DNA of 35,958 nt, taken from Candidatus Poribacteria bacterium. GTDB lineage: Bacteria > Poribacteria > WGA-4E > UBA9662. The stretch lies in NCBI GenBank assembly GCA_046582655.1, contig JAYGDX010000177.1, positions 1 through 35,958 on the forward strand. The letters run 5' to 3'. Each line of letters opens with the position of its first letter. Within the stretch, counting starts at the first letter, position 1. The translations under genes were made by a program, and so were the position numbers. This document shows, piece by piece, positions 8,817 to 16,097 of the stretch. The notes under the pieces were generated by a model. It was not told where the DNA came from, made no database searches, and saw nothing but the letters and a program-made list of their open reading frames with translations.

Positions 8817-9398
8817 GTGAAAAATCTAATTCTGTCATTCATCCTATTGGCCTTTTTGATTGTTCCAACCTACGGTCAAGGACATAAAGACCTCAAGAAC
8901 ATCGCTCCCCTGGCGAAGTTGAAAACAGACGGTCAAGACCATCCTGTTATTCACATTAACGATGAAAATTTTGATACGCGGTGGAATGCAAAAAATGATG
9001 ATGTGGATACTTGGATTAAATTCACCTGGAAGAACAAGCAGAAGGTTAATCGAGTACATGTTACTGAGTTTCGATCTCGTCTCCGCGGACACACCATTGA
9101 ATACAATGAGACTTTAAAGGAAGTAAAAGGCTTAACTCTGAAACCAGCAAATGCAGATGCCTCTGCCAATCATCCAGGCAATCAAAAAAAGCCAGTCGTG
9201 GTTCCAGATCATATTTTGACTTTCGATACAGTCAACACAACTATCCTGCAGTATCATGTGACCAAGACCACCGGAGCATCTGACGAGCCGAGTCTTTGGG
9301 AGATTGAAATCTTCTTTGATCCTGAAATCGATACCACACCTGTCAATCCTACCGGTTTACTGACAACAACTTGGGCGAATCTGAAAGATCGAAGGTAA
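8817..9398 (+). CDS. Secreted protein with discoidin/F5-8 type C-like domain and Poribacteria-type C-terminal motif
   Basis: SD AAGGAG, GTG start and signal peptide; INDENFDTRW...WIKFTW...PSLWEIEIF; C-terminus PVNPTGLLTTTWANLKDRR. Confidence 0.75.
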   Translation: MKNLILSFILLAFLIVPTYGQGHKDLKNIAPLAKLKTDGQDHPVIHINDENFDTRWNAKNDDVDTWIKFTWKNKQKVNRVHVTEFRSRLRGHTIEYNETLKEVKGLTLKPANADASANHPGNQKKPVVVPDHILTFDTVNTTILQYHVTKTTGASDEPSLWEIEIFFDPEIDTTPVNPTGLLTTTWANLKDRR

Positions 9399-10583
9399 AT
9401 TAATATCAGCCAAAAATCGCCTGAAATTTTAAGCAAAGAAGAAAAACACATTCAGGATCTACAAGGACAAATTGCATGTCTCTGGAGTCAGGTTAAGGAG
9501 AAAGATGCGCAAATTAATCGGTTACAACACCTCTGTACAGCCTCTCAAAAGTCCATAAGAAGACTGATCCAACAGAATAAGTTACTTCCCACATCCAGTC
9601 GGAAAAGCGGAAAACGACATTCTCATACCAGCAGTAGTAGATCAAACCGACATAGTAGTCGTGATCCAACTTATAAAAAAACGGTAGTTCGTAGCTTAAT
9701 CAACGAGCATTTCCCCGATTGGCCGATTCGAGAACTGCGATTTTGTGGGCAGGGATCCAGCTTCTGCACCTATACATTAAATCAAGACTACATTATTCGT
9801 TGTGCCAGACATCGCGATTCCGTCAGGAGACTGCGTTGGGAAGAAAGGTTATTGCCGCAATTACAACCGCAGTTACAAATTGCCATTCCGCAGTTTCAGC
9901 ATGTGGGGTACATGAGCAACGGACTCCCTTTTTGTGTTTACCCAATGATTTCAGGCCAACCTTTCGAGGGAAAATATTACCACCGACTATCGATGGATCA
10001 ACGGGAAAAAGTGGTGCAGCAGGTCGCTCACTTCTTGAAGGTTCTACACAACTTCCCAATTGAGGACGCCATGACCTATTCCATACCATTTAGAGAAACG
10101 ATGGAATTGCCAGTGCGGGACATGTTGCAATTTTCTCGACAAAAAGTGTATCCTAACCTCAGTCCAACTGAGCAGGAACAGTGCCAAAAATGGTTTGATT
10201 TCTACGTTAACAATGAAAGTGATTTTTCTTACCAACCTTCATTAATTCATGGAGACCTTCAACCAAGACACATTTTGTTCAATGAAGAAAAGAGTGAAAT
10301 TGCGGGTATCATCGACTTTGAAGATATTCGCGTCAGTGACCCGGCTCACGACTTATATTATATGCATCGGAACTACGGAGACGATTTTTGGCATCGGCTT
10401 CTTCAGCACTACAGTTTGTCCAACCTGAAACATTGCCAATGGAAATTTCGTTTTTCCCGATTGGCTGACATTATCCACCATATTCTGGAGGATACTGAGG
10501 ATCACAGATCCAACGATATTGAAGAAGGCTTAGAAGAACTAAGGGAGTTTTTGAACAACCATAACCCAGATGAAATTGAATAA
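9399..10583 (+). CDS. Aminoglycoside phosphotransferase (APH)-family kinase; start codon uncertain
   Basis: Brenner motif HGDLQPRHIL and IIDFED. The frame is open from 9399, and the N-lobe (INEHFPDWPIRELRFCGQG...YIIR) lies upstream of the ORF-track start at 9852. Confidence 0.75.
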   Translation: MNISQKSPEILSKEEKHIQDLQGQIACLWSQVKEKDAQINRLQHLCTASQKSIRRLIQQNKLLPTSSRKSGKRHSHTSSSRSNRHSSRDPTYKKTVVRSLINEHFPDWPIRELRFCGQGSSFCTYTLNQDYIIRCARHRDSVRRLRWEERLLPQLQPQLQIAIPQFQHVGYMSNGLPFCVYPMISGQPFEGKYYHRLSMDQREKVVQQVAHFLKVLHNFPIEDAMTYSIPFRETMELPVRDMLQFSRQKVYPNLSPTEQEQCQKWFDFYVNNESDFSYQPSLIHGDLQPRHILFNEEKSEIAGIIDFEDIRVSDPAHDLYYMHRNYGDDFWHRLLQHYSLSNLKHCQWKFRFSRLADIIHHILEDTEDHRSNDIEEGLEELREFLNNHNPDEIE

Positions 10584-10622
10584 TCAAATGGAATTATCCA
10601 AATTTCAACTATCATGGGCAAA

Positions 10623-12140
10623 TCATCTGCTATCTTGGTGAATGACCTTGTTAACCACATCAACATAGGCTCTTGCACTCGCCTCAATCACGTCCGTGCT
10701 TGCACCGTAACCAGTAACAAGATGGGCACCGTTTTGCACCTTAATTGTGACTTCGCCAATCGCATCTTTACCTTCGGTAACAGATCTAATGCTATAATCA
10801 ACCAGTTTAAGCGGTAAGTTTGTGATGAGATCAATTGCTTTGTAGGCGGTATCAACTGGACCATCGCCCGTCGCAGCTTTTTCGATAATTTCGCCTTGAA
10901 TCTGAAGTCCAATCGTTGTTGTGGCTGAAACCCGAGTTCCACTCAAAACCTGAATGTACTCAAAGCTGTATGTTTCAGGGATCGACCGCACTTCATCACT
11001 CATAATCGCGTCGAGATCAGCGTCGTGAACCTCCTTCTTTTTATCTGCCACGGTTAGAAAACGCTCATAGATCTTGTCAAGTTGTTCTCCATCAACTTGA
11101 TATCCCAGTATCTCTAAACGGTGACGTAAAGCATTGCGTCCGGAACGAGGACTTAAGATAATTAGGCTTTCTTTCAAACCAACATCTTCTGGATCAATAA
11201 TTTCAAAGGTATCACGCTGTTTAATTACACCATCCTGATGAATTCCGGAACTGTGTGCAAAGGCGTTCGAACCGACAATGGCTTTATTCGGCGCAACAGG
11301 TATACCCATCAAACGGCTAACTAAGCGGCTAATTGGGACAATCTCTTTTGTATTTACCTCAGTACAGACTAGATCAAAGTGATCTCCACGTGTCCTGATT
11401 GCCATTACAATTTCTTCCATCGACGTATTTCCTGCACGTTCACCCAAACCATTTATAGTACACTCAATCTGTCTGGCACCGTTCTTAATGGCTTCCAGGC
11501 TGTTAGCCACAGCGAGACCAAGATCATTATGGCAATGAACACTGATGATGGCTTGATCTATGTTCGGAACATTCTCACAGATACTTCTAATTAACTGTCC
11601 GAATTCCGAAGGGATAGCATAACCAACCGTATCGGGAATGTTAATGATAGTTGCGCCTGCTGAGATGGTTGCTTCAACAACCTCGTATAGGTACCGGGGA
11701 TCTGTCCGTGCCGCATCCATCGGTGAAAATTCTACAGTTCGGCATAAACTTCGTGCGTATGTAACAGCATTGATAGCTTTTTTCAGTACTGTTTCTCGGT
11801 CAGAACGCATAATTCCTTTAACATGAATCTCCGATGTGCCGACGAAAGTATGGATTCGAGGTCTAGGCGAACACTTGATGGCATTCCACGCATCGGTGAT
11901 GTCCTGATCTATTACTCTTGACAGTGCACAGATTTCCGGACCTTCAATTTCGTTAGAAATCCGCTGAACGGCTTCGAAATCACTAGGCGAAGATCTAGGG
12001 AAGCCCGCTTCAATCACATCAACATTTAACTGGGCGAGATGTTTTGCAATTTCAAACTTTTCAGCACTATTTAATGCAGCCCCTGGCGTTTGTTCTGCAT
12101 CCCGAAGCGTAGTATCGAAGATAATTACTTTATCTGGCAT
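10623..12140 (-). CDS. leuA: 2-isopropylmalate synthase
   Basis: IFDTTLRDAEQ, HCHNDLGLAVANS, GLGERAGN, AHSSGIHQDG, and a C-terminal regulatory domain with GDGPVD. Confidence 0.96.
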   Translation of the reverse strand: MPDKVIIFDTTLRDAEQTPGAALNSAEKFEIAKHLAQLNVDVIEAGFPRSSPSDFEAVQRISNEIEGPEICALSRVIDQDITDAWNAIKCSPRPRIHTFVGTSEIHVKGIMRSDRETVLKKAINAVTYARSLCRTVEFSPMDAARTDPRYLYEVVEATISAGATIINIPDTVGYAIPSEFGQLIRSICENVPNIDQAIISVHCHNDLGLAVANSLEAIKNGARQIECTINGLGERAGNTSMEEIVMAIRTRGDHFDLVCTEVNTKEIVPISRLVSRLMGIPVAPNKAIVGSNAFAHSSGIHQDGVIKQRDTFEIIDPEDVGLKESLIILSPRSGRNALRHRLEILGYQVDGEQLDKIYERFLTVADKKKEVHDADLDAIMSDEVRSIPETYSFEYIQVLSGTRVSATTTIGLQIQGEIIEKAATGDGPVDTAYKAIDLITNLPLKLVDYSIRSVTEGKDAIGEVTIKVQNGAHLVTGYGASTDVIEASARAYVDVVNKVIHQDSR

Positions 12141-12373
12141 CTTTTGACCTCCATTCCGATTTCATTTTTCCTGAGATAATCATTCACTTTGCAATTCTAT
12201 GTGTACTCACTTTGGTCGCTCACCAAATAAATTAATCACCTGAAACCTAACTTGATCAAGCATATTTTGCTAACCCAGGATAGGAAACACGTGTGAACAG
12301 TCAATATCATATCTCTACCTGAAAGTTTTTCTCAATCCTGATGACGAAATCACTAAGAATTTGGGGTCAAATG

Positions 12374-13390
12374 TTAAATTTCCCTATCAACAGCAGTAGC
12401 AATTTGCCTTAAGCTCTGCATTAGTTGATTGAACTGATCTGGGAAAAGAGATTGCACACCATCACCCGTCATCGAATTATCTGGATCATGGTGAACTTCA
12501 ATGATCAATCCATCGGCCCCAGCAGCAACTGCAGCCTTGGCCATGGCCGGAACATAACTTCGGATGCCAGTACCATGACTTGGATCAACAATAATGGGCA
12601 AATGGCTAAGTTCTTTTACAGCTGGTACAGCATTTAAATCAAGCGTATTTCGAGTGTGAGTTTCGTAAGTACGAATTCCACGTTCACAAAGAATAACATC
12701 CGGATTTCCTTCGGAAAGAATATATTCAGCAGCGAGTAACCATTCTTCGATGGTAGAGGAGAGACCACGCTTCAAAATCACAGGTTTCCCGTGTCTGCCA
12801 ACTTCGCGTAACAAGGGAAAGTTCTGCATATTACGTGTGCCAAGCTGGAAGACGTCGGCATATTTGCCAACGAGGCCAACTTCCTGTGGTGTCATTACCT
12901 CTGTAACAACCCGGAGACCTGTTTCCTCTCGTGCAGTAGCTAGCATTTCCAAAGCTGGTTCACCATACCCTTGAAAACTATAGGGGCCTGTGCGTGGTTT
13001 GAATGCACCACCGCGAATGAATTGTGCTCCTGACTTCACAACATGTTTAGCTATTCGAACAATTTGCTCTGTATTTTCAACCGCGCATGGTCCAGCCATC
13101 ATAGCCAACTGCTTGCCACCTATTTTAGCCCCATTAACGCTAATTACGGTATTTTCTTCATGGAATTGCCGACTCGCAAGCTTGTAAGGAGCGCTAATTG
13201 GCATGGTTCGCGCCACCCCCGCCATAGACTCTATTGGAGTGTCACTCAGTGCTGTTTTATCACCAATGACCGCGATTACAGTACATTGTTCTCCAACGTT
13301 CGTTTGAGTTTTCAACCCCGCGGCATGAGTACGTTGAACTACCTGTTCAATTTGTTCTTCGGTGACACCGTTTTGCATTATAATAACCAT
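12374..13390 (-). CDS. aroF: DAHP synthase, class I-beta, with N-terminal regulatory domain
   Basis: [39 protein letters not shown]. Confidence 0.95.
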   Translation of the reverse strand: MVIIMQNGVTEEQIEQVVQRTHAAGLKTQTNVGEQCTVIAVIGDKTALSDTPIESMAGVARTMPISAPYKLASRQFHEENTVISVNGAKIGGKQLAMMAGPCAVENTEQIVRIAKHVVKSGAQFIRGGAFKPRTGPYSFQGYGEPALEMLATAREETGLRVVTEVMTPQEVGLVGKYADVFQLGTRNMQNFPLLREVGRHGKPVILKRGLSSTIEEWLLAAEYILSEGNPDVILCERGIRTYETHTRNTLDLNAVPAVKELSHLPIIVDPSHGTGIRSYVPAMAKAAVAAGADGLIIEVHHDPDNSMTGDGVQSLFPDQFNQLMQSLRQIATAVDREI

Positions 13391-13425
13391 CTTTATTTTT
13401 CCGTCCTCTAAATTTTCCTGAAATT

Positions 13426-13471
13426 AAAAACGCCCGTCATCGATTTTCTGTTTCGATGACGGGCGTTTTTT
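13426..13471 (-). terminator. Intrinsic terminator/attenuator in the aroF leader
   Basis: 13-bp perfect stem (13431-13443 / 13453-13465) followed by U5 on the minus strand, about 35 nt upstream of the aroF ATG. Confidence 0.85.
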
Positions 13472-13625
13472 GTAGAGCTACTGGTGTGAACTAAGGCTCA
13501 TTTCCAAATCGCCTATCATCGATTTTAAAATAGGTGTCAAGTGCAACGCTATGAAGGCAAAAACTACTTGAAAGTGCGATTCGGATTTGTAACATCGGAA
13601 ATAAGTTTCTCCTCAAAAAATTGTG
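13426..13625 (-). promoter_or_regulatory. Attenuator-like 5' leader of aroF (paralog of the hisS leader); contains a 34-aa uORF at 13491..13595
   Basis: Segment TCGATGATAGGCG can pair 12/13 with the terminator 5' arm (antiterminator); shares sequence blocks with the hisS leader. Confidence 0.65.
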
Positions 13626-13631
13626 GCATAT

Positions 13632-13660
13632 ATTGTAACAAGATAACAAAACAGTGTCAA
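13632..13660 (-). promoter_or_regulatory. sigma70 promoter of aroF
   Basis: TTGACA-17-TACAAT with extended TG. Confidence 0.8.
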
Positions 13661-13713
13661 GAAAATCCTTAGTTAATAGCATTTATCGACCATTAAGAGA
13701 AAAATCTTATAGC

Positions 13714-15027
13714 TTAAAGCTCAGCCAACATTTTCTGTACCTTTTCAACAAAACAATCAACAGAGCAAACTACCTGATCTCGCGTCTCCATATTACGGAT
13801 TGCCAGTTGTCCATTTGCTAATTCATCAGGTGCGACAACTAAAGCAAGTGGAATACCCTTTCGACTTGCATAACCGAAAGTTTGGCGGAACGATTTCGGC
13901 TCACCATAAATTTCAGAATTAACACCAGCAGACCTAAGTTCAGCTAAAAAACTCAAGCTCTGAGAGATTAGCTCTGTGTTAAACGGAACGACAAGCACCT
14001 GAGTCTTTGTCCTAATTTGGGGCAAAAGGTTAAGTTTTTCCATTGAATCAATTAAACGTTCCAACCCGAAAGAAGTTCCAACCGCAGGAACATTATTGCC
14101 AGTGTATTGACCGATTAGCGTATCCCAACGTCCTCCTCCAACAACACTGCCAATACTTGCATCCTTGACGACGACTTCAAACACCGGGCCGGTGTAATAA
14201 TCCAATCCTCTAGCTAATGCCGGATCAAACCGATAACATCCCTCATCAATCCCAAGCTTTGATAAATATGATCTAACCTCACGCAATTCGTCAACACCCT
14301 CTTGGGCAACATCACCAATGATCTTTTCTAAATCGGCCAAGACCGTTTCATGATTTCCATCAATCTCAATTACAGCAAATATCTTCCCAATAGATTGAAC
14401 GGAGACATCAGACTTTGCCAGTTCCTGCCTAACTTGGTCTGATCCAATCTTCTCCAACTTGTCAATTGAGCGACAGACCTCTTTCAATTTATCATCAACT
14501 CCCGCATATTTAACCATACCATCGAGGATCTTACGATTATTAATCAGAATTTCAAATTGATGGAACCCAAAACCGATCATCATCTCATAAATTGCAGCGA
14601 TGATCTCAGCATCGTGCAGCATTGACGCACTACCAATCGCATCAATATCACACTGTGTGAACTCGCGATAACGCCCTCTTTGCGGACGTTCACCACGCCA
14701 CACCTGCTGAATTTGATAACGTTTGAAAATTGGTCGAACCAGTTCAGCATTCATGGCAATCACCCGGGAAAGCGGAACTGTCAGATCATACCGTAAGGCA
14801 AGCGTCCTTCCATCTCTGTAGTCAAGTCGATAAATTAAATTCTCAGCTTCTTCCCCATATTTTCCGGTCAGAATATCGTAAAATTCCATGGCGGGCGTCT
14901 CAAGGGGTTCAAAACCATACTTCTCAAATAGGGACTGAAGTTTCGAGACGACAAATCCGCGATAATTCATCTGTTCTGGTAGGCGATCCCGAAGACCAGA
15001 ATAGATCCGAGGTTTGATGAATTCCAT
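13714..15027 (-). CDS. hisS: Histidine--tRNA ligase
   Basis: LRYDLTVP, WRGERPQRGRYREFTQCDID, LARGLDYYTG, GGGRWD, and a C-terminal anticodon-binding domain. Confidence 0.97.
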   Translation of the reverse strand: MEFIKPRIYSGLRDRLPEQMNYRGFVVSKLQSLFEKYGFEPLETPAMEFYDILTGKYGEEAENLIYRLDYRDGRTLALRYDLTVPLSRVIAMNAELVRPIFKRYQIQQVWRGERPQRGRYREFTQCDIDAIGSASMLHDAEIIAAIYEMMIGFGFHQFEILINNRKILDGMVKYAGVDDKLKEVCRSIDKLEKIGSDQVRQELAKSDVSVQSIGKIFAVIEIDGNHETVLADLEKIIGDVAQEGVDELREVRSYLSKLGIDEGCYRFDPALARGLDYYTGPVFEVVVKDASIGSVVGGGRWDTLIGQYTGNNVPAVGTSFGLERLIDSMEKLNLLPQIRTKTQVLVVPFNTELISQSLSFLAELRSAGVNSEIYGEPKSFRQTFGYASRKGIPLALVVAPDELANGQLAIRNMETRDQVVCSVDCFVEKVQKMLAEL

Positions 15028-15051
15028 AGGAAGAACTCCTTATTTACAATA

Positions 15052-15100
15052 CCAAAATAAAATGCCCATCATCGAAACTGAAATCGGTGATGGGCATTTT
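15052..15100 (-). terminator. Intrinsic terminator/attenuator in the hisS leader
   Basis: Minus strand AAAATGCCCATCACCGA-loop-TCGATGATGGGCATTTT followed by ATTTT, upstream of the hisS SD. Confidence 0.8.
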
Positions 15101-15250
15101 CGGTAGTTTCTACTGAGATTAATGAGGCCTCGATCTCAAATCACCTAACATCGGTCCTCAAAAAACATGGGAATCGAGTTAGAGGTTTTCATAACCACGA
15201 CGGGAAATCGAACCTTACTTACAATAAAAATTATCCTCTGAAAAATTGCG
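15052..15250 (-). promoter_or_regulatory. Attenuator-like 5' leader of hisS (paralog of the aroF leader); contains a 15-aa uORF at 15145..15192
   Basis: Same length and block order as the aroF leader; CGATGTTAGGTGATTTG is 15/17 identical to the aroF copy. Confidence 0.6.
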
Positions 15251-15256
15251 ACCTCC

Positions 15257-15285
15257 ATTATAGCAAAACAACCATATGATGTCAA
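15257..15285 (-). promoter_or_regulatory. sigma70 promoter of hisS (perfect consensus)
   Basis: TTGACA-17-TATAAT with extended TG. Confidence 0.88.
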
Positions 15286-15302
15286 GCAGATCCATCTCAA
15301 CT

Positions 15303-16097
15303 TCAGATCGGGTAAACAATATGTGAATTTCGCTCCATGATTATCGGTTTCGGGTCGGCATCCGAAAAATTTGCAGCCCATTCTTCCGGATTATAATCGC
15401 GTTTGACAAAACAGGCCCGATGAGTCGGTGCAACGTGCTTGAGCCCTATTCTCCTCGCCATTTCCACGCTTCCACTGAAGAAGGGAAATTCACCTTCGGT
15501 CGGATGATTTGTCAGAAAACCAATATCTGGATTTAGGTCGGCAATCGGTGTAACAAGGTCATCGTGATCAGCAAAATTATTGATTGGATCTCCGGAAAAG
15601 TACATCTTTACTCCAAAAGCATCAATCACGTAACCCAAGTGAGTAACATCCGGAGGTGCAATATCCGCCGCTGGATCGCCTGCTGGTGGTTTGGCATAAA
15701 CAGCATAAGCCGTCATCGATCCTAATTCAACTATGTCACCAGCATCAACTACATGGGTTTGCCCTGCCGGAATATCAGTTTCAGTCAGGATCTGTCGAAT
15801 ACTCTCATGTGGTCCTACATACTTCACATTGTTGAAGTTCGCATGAATACGCAGTATGGATTCAGTACAAGTGTGGTCACCATGAGCATGTGTCAAAAGT
15901 ACTGCATCTGTATGCAACTGAGACTCATCCAGCGGTGCTTCAGCATGAATAAACTGTCCAGGAGATCTATCACGTGGAAAATATGGGTCTACTTGTACAA
16001 CGGTACCACTCGAATCCCTGAGAGCAAAGGTGCTCTGTTCGAACCAATGAATAGCAACAGTGCCCCTTGCAACGTCAAGATCTGTAAGTGGATGCAT
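15303..16097 (-). CDS. MBL-fold metallo-hydrolase (UlaG-like)
   Basis: VDPY, THAHGDH metal motif, YFSGD, PTH. Confidence 0.88.
   Translation of the reverse strand: MHPLTDLDVARGTVAIHWFEQSTFALRDSSGTVVQVDPYFPRDRSPGQFIHAEAPLDESQLHTDAVLLTHAHGDHTCTESILRIHANFNNVKYVGPHESIRQILTETDIPAGQTHVVDAGDIVELGSMTAYAVYAKPPAGDPAADIAPPDVTHLGYVIDAFGVKMYFSGDPINNFADHDDLVTPIADLNPDIGFLTNHPTEGEFPFFSGSVEMARRIGLKHVAPTHRACFVKRDYNPEEWAANFSDADPKPIIMERNSHIVYPI

Noticed and set aside
9495..9558. Strong SD AAGGAG plus ATG 9505 giving a 17-aa peptide MRKLIGYNTSVQPLKSP
   Set aside because: Out of frame with the kinase and explained by the K-E-K-D codons of the long open frame; no supporting features.
12236..12310. 24-aa minus-strand ORF between aroF and leuA as a Leu leader peptide
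   Set aside because: No Leu run and no terminator hairpin before leuA.
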